Assembly: GCF_011745625.1 (NCBI RefSeq)
Contig: NW_027191478.1
Coordinates: forward strand, 186,001-250,000
From: Cladosporium halotolerans
Lineage: Eukaryota
DNA: 64,000 bases
Reading direction: 5' to 3'
Part shown: in pieces, positions 13,661 to 25,732 of the stretch
Position numbering within the stretch: position 1 is the stretch's first letter
Layout of the letters: each line of letters opens with the position of its first letter
Position numbers and translations under genes: made by a program
Notes under the pieces: model-generated
The model's input: the letters and a program-made list of their open reading frames with translations, nothing else
Told to the model about the DNA's origin: nothing
The model's database searches: none

Positions 13661-15525
13661 CTAAGCCGTCTCGCCGTCCTCGCCCTGGAAAGCAGGCATC
13701 GCCCAGCGCTGTTTGTCGTCCTTCATCTTCTTCTTGAACAGATCCAGATCCTTCATCAGCTCGTCCATATCGTCCTGGAACGCTCCGTGGTCGAAGTCGC
13801 CCTCATCGTCAGACCCACTATCTCCGACGCCGCTGTCCGAGCCCTCCTCGTACTCGTCGTCCGTGGCATCGTAGTTCTCCGTTTGCAGCTCGCGCGGCAG
13901 CACAATCGGATTCTTCAGCTCGCCGACGGCAAGCGCCAAGTGCCTGCGCAGGGACTCAATCTCGACCTGCAGGGCGACGTTCGCGGGCCTCAGCTCGTCG
14001 ACCTCCATGGTGAGCGCGCGGATCTTGACCTCGGAGACGGCGCGCGACTCCTCCATGGCACGCTGCATCTTGGTGACCTGGCGCTGGTAGTCCTCGAGCT
14101 CGTCGCGGGCGCGGTCCGCCTCGTCGCGCTTGCGCACCGTCGCCGCGTTGACGGACATCTGCAGGTTCTTGATCGTCTCCTGCATCTCCATGATCTTGGC
14201 GTCGCGCTCGGCGGCCGAGACGGCGTCCTGGTTGACGTGGGCTTTGGTGCGGATGCGCTTGGCTTGGTCGGCGTAGCGTAGGGTCGAGAGCGTTTCCTCG
14301 TAGTCTGTTGGCGAGATGCAGGCCACCATGGCCGTCTTGGAGTTGCCTCCCAGGCTGTCTTTGAGCAGCCAGGTGAGGACTGAGTCGCGGTAGGGGACCA
14401 TTTCGGCGCGGCGGCGGGACTGATTTTGGGGCATGCTTCTGCGGCTCGCCGCCTGTCTCTTAGGGTCCGAGAGAGCGGCGATGACTCGTCCGAGAGTGCT
14501 CAACGACTGATTGATGTTGCTACCTTCGCGGAGACGTTGGCCTGTCGCTTCAGTGCGTCCGGCACGCTCAGAGCCTGCCAAATCGACGAGTCGCATGCGG
14601 GCAAGGCGTTCAATGGTGCTATCAGAGCTGAGGTCGTGCTGGATTTGCTTGAGCGTGAGGGTAAAGACGGCGTGAGAGCGGGAAGAGGTGTCGTTCATCT
14701 TTGTGCTGGCTGTCGTCCGGTTCATGTCGCCAACTTTCATGAGACGCACAATATCCTCGTAGTTCCGCACAGGCTCGTCGGTGAGGTTCTGCACGTACAC
14801 GCCGTCGCTCTTGGATTCGCGGATCTTCAGGTAGTTCGGGGAGTTGCTCTTCGGTGTGAGCAGGTCCTTGACGTGCTCGTTGTAGATCTCGAAGTAGGAG
14901 ACGTGAACCTTGTATGTTATAGCACTGTTCTGCTCCATTTCGATTCGCTCGAACAAGCCGCTGCAGGTTCGAGGTATAAGGCCAGGCTCGTCCGGAGTGC
15001 CCATCATGGTGTATGACTTTCCGCTGCCAGTTTGGCCATAGGCGAAGATGCACGTGTGGTATCCATCGAAGTTGTGGTCCAAAAACTCCTCGCCGAATGA
15101 ACCATAGACATCGGCCTGGCCGGAGAAGTGTGGATCCTCCTCGTTATGTGACCAGAACGACTTGTCGAAAGTGAATGACTTCTCCTCGTACGTCTTCCTG
15201 CTGTTTTTGGAGTCCTCGACGGCAAACTCTGGCGGGAGCAGCTTTGTCTCCTGCGTCTCTGGGACCATGCGTACGATACATTTTGATTGCTTCTCGATGT
15301 CTGTAAACAAAGATCAGAAACAGTCCACTTCAACTCCCTGGTACTGTCCTCACCTCTCTTTATGAACTTCCGCACTCTCACCACGACCTTGACATTGCCA
15401 GCATCGCCGTCCGAAGACCGTGGCCTGTCCATGATCTCCACGCCTCTATTGCTCCTCAAGCTCGGCGCACTCGCAGTGCTCTGGTAGTTCTGCAAGTCCG
15501 GGGTGGTCAAGGATCGGTCGGTCAT
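13661..15525 (-). CDS. Short fungal kinesin-3 (UncB/NKIN3-like)
   Basis: NVKVVVRVR, FTFDKSFWS, P-loop GQTGSGKS, SSRSHAVF, LVDLAGSER and LSTLRYADQAK. Short coiled-coil tail without FHA/PH domains. Intron at ~15301-15352. Confidence 0.9.
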
Positions 15526-16367
15526 CTCGTCCGCGTCGAGGTCGGAGTCGGCGGCGTCGGCGAGAAAAAGCAGCAGGAGTTGTAGCAAGGCAGTGCTCGC
15601 GAGGAAGGCGCTGCAGGTGTCCTCCAGTGCAGCCTCAGAGCGCAGGCGCAAGGAAGCGAACATCGAACATGATTGATCGGCCTGCTATGCGCTGTCGGTG
15701 CTCAGTGCGTTGGCGCTACGCATGCAACGGGCGAGGGCCGTTTGGATGGCATTGGGCGCCCGCGTTTGGCGTTGTTTTGCGGAGAGAAATCGCCGGCTGG
15801 CATGGCAACCGCGCTGCCGGGGACGTCATTTCGTGAACTTTTGAGCTGCGGTTGGGAAATGTCGATACCTACTGTAGGTATGCAACAAGAATATTAATCG
15901 CACAACATACTCTGCTGCTGATCCACGAGCTTGTGTTTCATCAATGCTTCGTAACAGAATCGTTTCTGAAGGGCGTGAGGAGATGATGGCACACTGCTAT
16001 TACCTTTGCGAATCAGGGCGCTCCTCGCCTTGCAACATCTACTTCCAAGTGGATTAACGATCCTAGTGAGGAGACCGCTATGTCCGAACATTCCAAACAA
16101 ACGGTTCTGCGCTACAGTGAAAACGGATTGAGAGTAGGTCGTGTATTGCGATTCTCCCGTGTCAGGTCTATATTGCTAATTTACAATTCCACATCCACCA
16201 TCACAACATTGTAAGGACTGACTGCCTAGCTGAAGGCTGCATCGTTACCGTGCGGAAAACATATAGGTTATTAAAAGAAATGTGGTTATCGAAGGAGAGT
16301 CTCCATCAGATCCCGGATGCGCTGCTCACGGGGTCGGTCGTCGTGTTGCTCACACTGTGAGGGTCGT

Positions 16368-17366
16368 TCAGCCGGAGAAGGCAGAGGAGGTCAGGTTCTC
16401 CTTGGTCGGCACAGCAGGAGGCGTGATCATGGTGGGCAGAGGGGCGATGGCAGTAGCCTTGTCAAGACCAGGAAGCTCCTCGCCCTCGGAGTCCTCCGGC
16501 ATCTCCGGAAGATCGGTCAGGTCCTGACCAACGAGGTCCTCAAGATCCTGCCTCTTGCCGAGACCACCAGAAGACAGCGATGGGAAGCCACCGAGGCCGC
16601 CGCTGCCGCCACCGAGGCCACCGCTGCTGCCGCCGAGGCCAGAGCCGAAAGAGGGGAGACCGCTACCGCTGCCACCAGACAGGCCACCAAGGCCGCCAGT
16701 GGGCAGAGAAGGCAGACCGCTTCCGCCGCCGAGGCCGGAGCCAAAGGAGGGCAGACCGCCGCCGCTGCCACCAGAGAGACCTCCGAGGCCGCCAGTGGGC
16801 AGAGAACCAGCGCCGCCGCCGAGAAGGGAAGAGAAGTCTCCCAAACCTTCACCGCCTCCAAGGCCGCCAGCGGCAGAAGACTCGGTGGTAGTCGGGGACG
16901 AGGACGACTCGGTCGCGTTGGAGCCCGAGCTGGCGGAGCCTGAGCTAGACGAACCAGAGGAGCCCGAGGAGCCAGAGGAGCCCGAGAAGCCAGAGGAGCC
17001 TCCGAGTCCGCCAAGGCCACCTCCACCAAGGGAGCCCAGGTCGGGAAGGCCTTGCCTCTTGAAGTTGGATGCAGAGCCAGTCTCAGCCGGCGCAGCAGCG
17101 CTCGCCTTGGCGATCAAAGAAGAGATGGCATCTTCGATGCCGCCAGATGACTTGGCGTCGGCGAGGAGGGAGGTAAGCGATGCTTCCCAGTCGACAGAGC
17201 CGCTGGGCAGAGCGGCAGGGATGCCAGAAGCGCCAGACTTGCCAGATGCGCTGGCTGAGCCCGAGGTGTCGGCTCCTCCAGAGGCGCCAGCGCCAAGGTT
17301 GGGGATGCCCTGAGGAAGAGCGGCGGCCGCGGCCACGAGGAGAGACAAAGTCGCGAAGTTCTTCAT
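16368..17366 (-). CDS. Secreted Gly/Ser-rich repeat protein with two KR-Q (Kex2-type) sites
   Basis: Signal peptide MKNFATLSLLVAAAAA, strong GC3 codon bias, a 96-nt internal duplication and a GTATAAAG TATA element at ~17476-17483. Confidence 0.8.
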   Translation of the reverse strand: MKNFATLSLLVAAAAALPQGIPNLGAGASGGADTSGSASASGKSGASGIPAALPSGSVDWEASLTSLLADAKSSGGIEDAISSLIAKASAAAPAETGSASNFKRQGLPDLGSLGGGGLGGLGGSSGFSGSSGSSGSSGSSSSGSASSGSNATESSSSPTTTESSAAGGLGGGEGLGDFSSLLGGGAGSLPTGGLGGLSGGSGGGLPSFGSGLGGGSGLPSLPTGGLGGLSGGSGSGLPSFGSGLGGSSGGLGGGSGGLGGFPSLSSGGLGKRQDLEDLVGQDLTDLPEMPEDSEGEELPGLDKATAIAPLPTMITPPAVPTKENLTSSAFSG

Positions 17367-19216
17367 GGTGGCTTTGTGGAAGGTTGTCTGCGTTGGGGGT
17401 AAAGACTGTTGATCGGTAGAGAGTGAGGAGTGATCTGAGGGATGAAGAACACAATCTGGGAGCGATAGGCGCCTCCTTTATACCTACTTCCCGAAGACCT
17501 TGTCGTGCTATGGCATTTTGCTCAAGCGGACGTTTTGCAGCATGCGGCGAAGGGACGACATGACGGCGCCGAGCTTAGACTGAAGATGAGACGCCCCAGC
17601 ATCTTGATGGCCCGGGAGAGTGTGTGGAGTTGGAGGATCTGCCTTACAAGGAACTAACACGTCGTAAGGCTGTGGATCCGGGTCCTGCGATTGGTATAAG
17701 CCCCTACCTGTAGCGTCTGGAGCGACGCGGACCTGACTTGTGGTACCACTCCCATCCGGGCCATCAACCAAGATAATGGTGTGATCGACGTGAAGATCAT
17801 TGGTATCTGATCTGCCGAGGGAAACAGACGCACTCGGTATATGGGCGCGGTTTGGTGCCTCCAGCGTTTCCCGGCCCGTTCGCGTGAAGGGCCCAATGCA
17901 TCGAGCCATACCGGGCGAGAGGATGCTGGAAATCGCGCTTCTGGCCGTGCCTTCAAGACGTGTATGCGCCTTCACACGGTAGGTCCAGTCTCCCAGATGA
18001 GGGAACGGGGCAGTATCCGCCTTCTGTACCAAACTCTGAGCATCGATCGGCTCATCGTGAAGATACCGTTTCGCGCTCAGACGCGCAAGTTCCAGCATGT
18101 CGATCCCCACGAAGCCATGGTTTGGGCAAGACTAGTTCGTCGTGATGCAAGACGTGACCAGAAATCACTGGTCTGCAGTAGCGATGTGACAATGATGCTC
18201 TGCCTCGGTAGTTCAAGGATAGGGACAAGGCGTGCAGCTCCGGTTTCGGTAGGCTTGAAACCAGAGGGTGATGGTGCGACGGACGGCGAAGATGATCTTC
18301 GGCGCCAGGATTTTGGCTCCGGGGCAAATTCCTGGGAACACACGAGAGACCGCGGGACGTGAACGTTGGACGGGGACATAACACCGCACTTTTCGACACA
18401 TGTGGAAGAATCAATGGTCTTCTTGATAATGAATCCAGCTTTTGAAATCGCCAAGCCCAGTGAAATCTCGCGATCTCCCACATGAGAGATGCAGAAGAGC
18501 TGGGAGTCGCAAGGCTGACGTTGAGACAAGAAACGGGTTAAGGTACGGGGTGAAGAGCGCCGAATGATCCGAAGCCTTGCCGACAGCCGACAGCACGCCA
18601 TGATCACCAGCGGACCGAGACTCATCCTTGACATCTGGAGCACGGGGGAAATGCCAAATGAGTCGCACCACACGACTCGCACAGCCGCCCACACGTGCGC
18701 CGACTGCGCAGATCATCAAGGTCCTTTTATGTGACAGAATCATTCGACTGATGCAGATCACACATCTTGTAATCTCGGACAAGAGGATCGACCGACGATG
18801 TTGGTCTGTCCATGTGCATCATTGCTGTGACAAGGCCAATTCAGCGAGAGACGATCCCACGAGATGAGCACGGCAGATGTTACAGCGGCAAGGCTGAGTT
18901 GCTCCAGGTGTTGATTTGAGGGACACCTAATCAACCGCTCTTGTCATCGGCCATACCACTTCAAAAATAAAACCTTCAACTATCACAATGCATTCATACT
19001 CATGTAAGTCCGCGGCTGTCAAGATAACGTCGATGTTGATAACTAGATTACTGTAATAAAGTATCTGATCGACTATAGAAAGGAGAGTGTATGGGAAGCT
19101 CTTGTCCCCTGCCGAACGCCCTGATTGCATTCCATTCGTGTGTAAGCTCATCTTCTTCTCAAGACGTTATGAGAAGCGGCACTATTGTGATGCTCTCCGT
19201 TAGGAGCTCAAGCCCT

Positions 19217-20719
19217 TTAGAAGACACGGACAGTCCTGCGGTAGGCCTTGCCAGACTCCTTGGCCTTGCTCTCATGGTCGTGCTTGGAGTACTTGCCCTC
19301 CTGGCCGTTTCCCCAGGCTTTGCCCTGGCCCCCGTGGGAAGCCTGACCAGACTGACCCTTGTGTGCGTACTGACCTTTCTGGTACGCCTGGCCGCTCTTT
19401 GCAGCATCCTGCTTCTGCTTCCCAGCCTCCTTGTCTTGCTCATTATCGTCATCCTCATCGTCATCGTCGTCATCGTCATTTTCGGCATCATCATCATCCT
19501 CCTCCTCGTCTTTCTCGTCATCATTCTCATCGTCGTCCTCATCGTCTACATCCTCCTTGTCGTCCTCCTTGTCGTCGTCCTCCTTGTCGTCGTCCTTACC
19601 ATTCTGGTTCTGACCGTTCTTGTAGCCATGGTCCTTCTTCTGGCCGTCGACACCTTGGCCGGCGTCCTCTTGCTTCTGGCCGGCGACCTTGCCCGCACCA
19701 GAGCTACCGTCGTGGTTTGCACCCTTCTGCTCAACGTCGACATCATCGTCATCGTCCTCATCGTTGTCATCGCCGCCAGCGGCCTTCTCAGCCTCCTTCT
19801 CTGCGTCGCTCTTCTTCTTGTCGTCGTTGTCATCGTTATCATCGTGATCATCTTCGCCCTCCTGACCGGGAGCAGCCGGGGCCTTGGGGTCCTTGGGAGC
19901 CTGGCCGTTGGGAGGGGGCACTGGCTTCACACCGCCAGCTCCAGGGGCGGGCTTCGGGGGCTTGCCAGCGCCATGAGCACCGTTCGGGGCCTTTGGCGCA
20001 GCAGAGTCGTCGCCGTTGCCATTGGACTTGGAGTGACCGGCCTTGCCATTGCCGTTCTGCCAGTCGTTGCCGTCGTTGTCTTGGCCGTTGCCGTTGGATT
20101 TGGAGTGGCCGCCCTTGCCGTTGCCGTTCTGGCCGTTGTGCCAGTCATTGTCGTTGTCGTCGTCGTCTTGATCGTCGTCGTGAGACTTGGAGTGGCCGGA
20201 CTTCCTACCGCCGTTGCTGTTTTGCCAGTCGTTGTTTTCATCATCATCGTCATCGTTGTTCTGGGACTTGGAGTGACCAGCCTTGCCCGCACCGTGACCG
20301 TTCTTCCAGTCGCCGCCGTCGGCAGCATCGTGGCTGTCCTTGCGCCCGCCACCGTTAACAGCACCGTGGCCGTTCTTCCAGTCGCCGCCACTGACAGCAC
20401 CGTTGCCGTGGCCAGAAGAGTAAGCCCCAGCCGGCTTGGGAGCAGCAGCACCGTCATTAGGACCCTTCTTCTGGTCCTCGCCAGAGGGGCCAGAGGACTT
20501 CACGGAGATCGTGTCACCCTTGATCTTGCTTGCGCCAGCATCGATCTTGTTCGAGTCGGCACTAGAAAGAGAGCCGAGTCCGAGGCGGTCGGTGGCGTAG
20601 GCGGCGCCCTGGGCGGCCTTGTGGTCGACCTCACCGTTGCCCTTATGCTCAGCATCCTTGAGGGTGGGAGCTGCGGCTGCGAGAGCCAGGAGGGCCGAGA
20701 AGGTGTATCCGGTCTTCAT
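19217..20719 (-). CDS. Secreted low-complexity protein with DW(K/Q/H)N..GHSKS repeats and Asp/Glu-rich tracts
   Basis: 500-aa ORF with signal peptide MKTGYTFSALLALAAA, biased codon usage and a GTATAAAG TATA element at ~20852-20859. Confidence 0.85.
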   Translation of the reverse strand: MKTGYTFSALLALAAAAPTLKDAEHKGNGEVDHKAAQGAAYATDRLGLGSLSSADSNKIDAGASKIKGDTISVKSSGPSGEDQKKGPNDGAAAPKPAGAYSSGHGNGAVSGGDWKNGHGAVNGGGRKDSHDAADGGDWKNGHGAGKAGHSKSQNNDDDDDENNDWQNSNGGRKSGHSKSHDDDQDDDDNDNDWHNGQNGNGKGGHSKSNGNGQDNDGNDWQNGNGKAGHSKSNGNGDDSAAPKAPNGAHGAGKPPKPAPGAGGVKPVPPPNGQAPKDPKAPAAPGQEGEDDHDDNDDNDDKKKSDAEKEAEKAAGGDDNDEDDDDDVDVEQKGANHDGSSGAGKVAGQKQEDAGQGVDGQKKDHGYKNGQNQNGKDDDKEDDDKEDDKEDVDDEDDDENDDEKDEEEDDDDAENDDDDDDDEDDDNEQDKEAGKQKQDAAKSGQAYQKGQYAHKGQSGQASHGGQGKAWGNGQEGKYSKHDHESKAKESGKAYRRTVRVF

Positions 20720-22092
20720 TATAGCGATTGATGTCCTATTATAGCGATCTGGAAATTATAACGAGTAGTAATTGGTATTGATTGTTAGTTGCTGGGAGTT
20801 GTGGGATGAGATGTGTGGAATTGATCAATCCAGACGGATGGATTGGCAAGTCTTTATACACATCGTGGTGGTCCTCCTCGGCAGGACGTCAACACTGCGT
20901 TCACACAGCCTCAAGAGCTTCTTGTCCCAGCCGTGTGGTCGATACCGCATTGAGCGACGGGATGTCCTTCCAATGGCAGCGGGAATAAACTGATTTGCTG
21001 CGCGCCACGGCTCGTCAGGCGCGGCACGGATGATCTACATCGTGCGTGGACGACCTCCAGTTTCGATGGAGTGTACCTGCCGCTCATAGCTTTTGGAGCC
21101 GATGGAGCTCTTGCAGCCCGTTGCCACATCATTGATGGTGAAGTTCTGATAGCTGATGCTCTTTTCCACGTGCCAGCGTGGAGCCGATTGCATTGTGAGA
21201 ACGCCCAAATATGCAACACGTTATCGAAACGATTGATTGAACGACTCGATCACGACCAACTTGATGTCCAAATCAGTGGCAATGCTCGTGGTCCACCCTG
21301 GAGCTCTCCAGAGATGACGTTCGTAGCCTTCCAAAGTTGCCCAGAATCACTAAACCCAATACACTGCGGCGTCGTCTCCGTAGAACAACACACCTACATA
21401 CCGAGCCGCACAGCGCGCAGCAGAATGTCGTTCCCACAGCCATAGTGGAAAGCCAATGAGACGGGCCTGGACGCTTCGGCCTCGAATCCAGCCGTCTCCC
21501 AAGAGCAGGATCGAGACTCCGGCAGACTCCGGCACCTTCCCACATGCTTTCCATCAGTTCGAAGTACCAATTCGCCGTACCTGCATCGGTTTGACTAAGA
21601 AAAGTAGCATGATGTGCAAGTAGCACGCTTGGCCTCTTGGCTACACGGCACCAATGACGATTCGGAGTGCGGTTCCGGGAGATCCTCCACGCAAAGACCC
21701 GCTTATATTGGAGACAAACAGGTTGCAGGCCTACTTTCGAGGAATTGCGTTTTTGGCAATTCGAGAAGGATGACACCGCCAATGCGCGACATTCTCGAAA
21801 GTCCATTCCGCTCGCCAAGTGCCACGACGGAGATGGATGGCATTCGCTGACGCGGCTGGAGACATAGATGGCAACGACCCACAAGAGCTTGCCTATAGGT
21901 GAGTGGGAGAAAGAGGATCTAAAAAAGGACCTCGATGGATTCGGTTCCCATGGCTCGTTGCGGGGTGGAATTACAGATAGCTCGAAAGGTAGTTTTCAGA
22001 CGTACCCGTAAGTTGGTCACTCTCACGTCCTGCCCTCTCCCGCATAGCTTTAGCTGGATACGAACGTGCCGCGATGAGTGGCCTCCCATTCG

Positions 22093-23231
22093 CTACTCCA
22101 ACTTGCTAGCCACTGAATGTAAGAGCCCGCGTAGCTTGGATCCTTTGCTCTCATGCTTCCCAACGTTATGTCCATCAGAGAACTTGCTCAAGTCTCTGGT
22201 ATACGGACCCACGGTATAGTTCATGAAAGGTCCATCTTCATTAAAGATCACCCTCTGCATCCGACATTTCCTGTTCCCATGCCCATCATTAGGCATATCA
22301 GTTGCATGAAAAACAGCCATTGTCTCATCGCCGATATGGACAAAGTTACCATGGCCAGGCCCAAACGGGCCCTTGTCGTGGCCCGCGTTCTGCAGCAGAG
22401 GTCGCGGAGACTTCTTCCAGGAGCTGGGCTGCAAAGGGTCGCCTCCGAGGAACTGGAGCGTGTTCATCTTGTAGTCCTTCGTCCAGCTTCCAGCGCACGA
22501 GTACACGATGCCGCGCCAAGTCCGCCCGCCGTCCTGGGAAGCAAGCCATTGCGGGCCCTCGTTGATGCCGGCGTCGCCGGATCGTTCCCAAGGTTCGTGT
22601 GGGTGCGAAATCATAACGGGCGGGCTGGCGGCCGTGACGGGGTCTTGCAGCCGCATAATGAATAGCTGCTGGGTTCGCTCATCGTAATCATCCCATGGTC
22701 TGTCGAGCGGCCAGCCGGAATATGCGAAGTAGAGCGTGCCATCGATCGTCAGGACCGTTCCGTCAATGGCCCATTGCCGCTGGTTCATGTTGCGAATCGG
22801 GCCCAGGAACTCCCAGGGGCCGGCATGAGGGTCTTGGGAGTCTGGCGGGCCCCCGAGGACGTACATTCTGTGGGATCTGTTGCCTTCGTGGTGGCTGGCG
22901 GCTGCGACGTAGACGTACCATCTTCCTCTCAAGGCGTGTAGTTCTGGTGCCCAGAGGTGCGCGGAATGGTTGGTGTCTGGCGGTGGTGTCCTGAACGCAG
23001 AGTAAGCTCATTCGATTATTCGTGATCGACGCAAGTCAAGTAGCCCTACCATACAGGTCCCTTCTTAAACCTCCCCTCTTCCCAGAAATCTGTTATGCTG
23101 TCTGCTTCCCAGAGAGGCACACGGTTGCCCGCTGTGAACATGAAATAGAATTTGCCCCTTGCATACGTTATGAATGGATCAGGCGTGACCTGAGATGTGA
23201 TCCCAAGACAGGTATTGTTGTAATGAGACAT
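22093..23231 (-). CDS. Glycoside hydrolase family 43 (arabinofuranosidase-like), no signal peptide
   Basis: TPDPFI, then after an intron (~22993-23049) LWAPELH, WYVYVAA, WAIDGT, INEGP and GPGHGNF. Confidence 0.88.
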
Positions 23232-23874
23232 GTTGGTAGGTTTGGGGCGTAAGACGAATTCAACGATTGAAGCAGTGAGCAAGGCTAACAGGAATATTAG
23301 AGTTCCAATTATCTCGACAGCGCGATGAAGGGTATATAAGGGCATCGAGAGGGCCCGACGTTTTACGAGAATGGCTCTTTGGTTTCTCGATGTTGATGCA
23401 GGCGCGATCGTCATAGGGAGACGGATACACGCGTTCAATGGCCGATGCATATGTTTGCCTGAGGCATCCAAATAGTTCCTCATCAACTTTCTTGTTCGCC
23501 AACACAAGTACCTTCTGTAAATTGCTTTTAGCATCATAAACTTCATGATGCACATGCGCACAGTTGTGCTATGAGAAGAGAGTCTTGCCGTTTCTTCGCT
23601 AAGGCCAGGGGTATGGAGATATCTACATTTACAGAACGCCGGGCTATGCACTGGACATCCTGTCCTTTTTCCGTCTCCAAACACCTCTCGTCTAAAGTAC
23701 AGGTAAAACATGTGGGGAATGCGAGCCAGGTGCTGGCATCGGTATCAACTCTTTTCATCGTACAATGTTCCTCCCCATCGACTCGTCCTGTACCTCTCCA
23801 CGTGACGTGGGATGTGAGCGGCACATCATCTGTCGTCTCCTCTCTTGGTTCATCATACAGAGCACATTGCGCGC

Positions 23875-25268
23875 TTACTCAATGACTCGAGTGACCAGAC
23901 CAGTGGCCACAGTCCTGCCACCCTCACGGATGTTGAAGCGCTGACCCTGCTCGAGAGCGATGGGCTTGTGAATCTCGCAGATCATCTCGACGTTGTCACC
24001 GGGCATGACCATCTTGCCATCCTCGGTACCCTCAGGCCAGGTGAGGGTCGCAGCCTCATCGGCAGTACGGATGAACATCTGGGGCTTGTAGTTGTTGGCG
24101 AAGCCAGTGTGGCGGCCACCCTCCTCCTTGGTCAGGACGTACATGGAGGCGAGGAACTTCTTGTGGGCCTTGGTAGAGCCGGGGGCAGCGATGACCATAC
24201 CACGGAGGACGTCGTCACGCTTGACACCACGGAGGAGGAGACCAGAGTTGTCACCAGCGCGCGACTCGTCGCAAGACTTCTTGAAGGTCTCAATGTCGGT
24301 GACCTTGGTCTTGATCGGGACCTTGTTCTTGCCGACAAGCTCAACCTCAGAGTCCTTCTTCAGGACACCACGCTCGACACGGCCAGAGGCGACGGTACCA
24401 CGGCCAGGAATGGAGAAAACGTCCTCGACAGACATCAGGAAAGGCTTGGAGATCTCGCGCTCCGGGGTGGGGATCCAGGTGTCGACGTGCTCGAGGAGCT
24501 CGTCGATCCTGTCAACACCGATGTCGTTCTGGCGGTTCTCAATGGCACAGAGAGCAGAGCCCATGACGATGGGAGTCTCGTCACCCTCAAAGCCGTAGGA
24601 AGACAGCAGCTCGCGCATCTCCATCTCGACCAGCTCCAACATCTCCTTGTCCTCAATAGCATCGACCTTGTTGACGAAAACGACAATGCGCTTGACACCG
24701 ACCTGGCGGGCCAGAAGCAAGTGCTCCCTGGTCTGGGGCATCTGTCCGTCACTGGCAGCGACGACGATGATGGCGCCATCCATGGACGCGGCACCAGTAA
24801 TCATGTTCTTGATGTAATCGGCGTGACCAGGGCAGTCGACGTGGGCGTAATGCCTGTTATCGGTGGCGTACTCGATGTGTGCGGTGGAGATGGTGATACC
24901 ACGCTTGCGCTCCTCGGGAGCCTTGTCAATGGAGCCATACTCGAGGTAGGAGGCGTAGCCCTTCTCGGCCTGACGCTTGGTGATGGCGGCTGTGAGGGTG
25001 GTCTTTGCAGGTCAGCGAATGTTTCGTCTGGAGTAGGCGGCTTGAGACGAAAGCTTGTCGCGCAAATGGAACTCACCTTGCCGTGATCGACGTGACCGAT
25101 GGTACCAATGTTGACGTGAGGCTTGCTGCGCTCGAAGGCAGTGGCGTAGCTCCTGGCGGAGTTGACGAACTGTGTCTGGCCCCTGGCACCCAGAGCAGGC
25201 TGGATGGGGTTTGTGGACTGCTGGCGCAGAGCGCGCGAGGTGCGGAGGAGAGTCCTAGCGAAAGACAT
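23875..25268 (-). CDS. TUF1: Mitochondrial elongation factor Tu
   Basis: [18 protein letters not shown] across one intron, MITGAA, NKVD and [10 protein letters not shown]. Presequence [15 protein letters not shown]. Confidence 0.98.
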
Positions 25269-25732
25269 GATGAACAGACGCCGGCAGAACAATGAACGAA
25301 AATGAGAGGAGAGGTGGAGAGGATGGAGGAGTGGTCGTGGTACTGGGCGGCGACTTGCGGGCAGACTTGGGCACCGGGTGCCAGAAAATCTACCGCGTCA
25401 CGTGAGCATGGTCAGCTTCAGCGGGCGCGGAGGATTCGAAGCATTCGCCGCACGTCAGGGCCAGCGGAAGATGCGAGCAGCGAGCCGGGCATAGCTGTTG
25501 CTGCCATTGCCAACACCACCTCCGTCTGAGCCGCGCTCCTCTCTCTGGCGCTCACTTTAGTTGCTTGCCGCTTCAGGTTCGCTCCGATACAAGACTCGAA
25601 ACGCACCCGAAAGTCGCCTCGTCCAAAGCTATTCGCGCCTTAGCCGAGGTCCTCTCGTGCTGCTCCGAATGACACCATAGCCTGGCTGCACCCTCTCACT
25701 GACTACCCGACAACTCTGCGTACCACACCCCA

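Noticed and set aside
16555..17313. Extensin-like Pro-rich plus-strand ORF
   Set aside because: It is the antisense of the GGC-rich codons of the secreted Gly/Ser protein.
17508..18782. Overlapping 120-205-aa ORFs between the two secreted genes
   Set aside because: No codon bias, motifs or consistent strand. Treated as upstream regulatory DNA.
19091..20731. 546-aa highly hydrophobic plus-strand ORF
   Set aside because: It is the antisense shadow of the Asp-rich gene: GAC/GAT codons read as GTC/ATC (Val/Ile) on the opposite strand.
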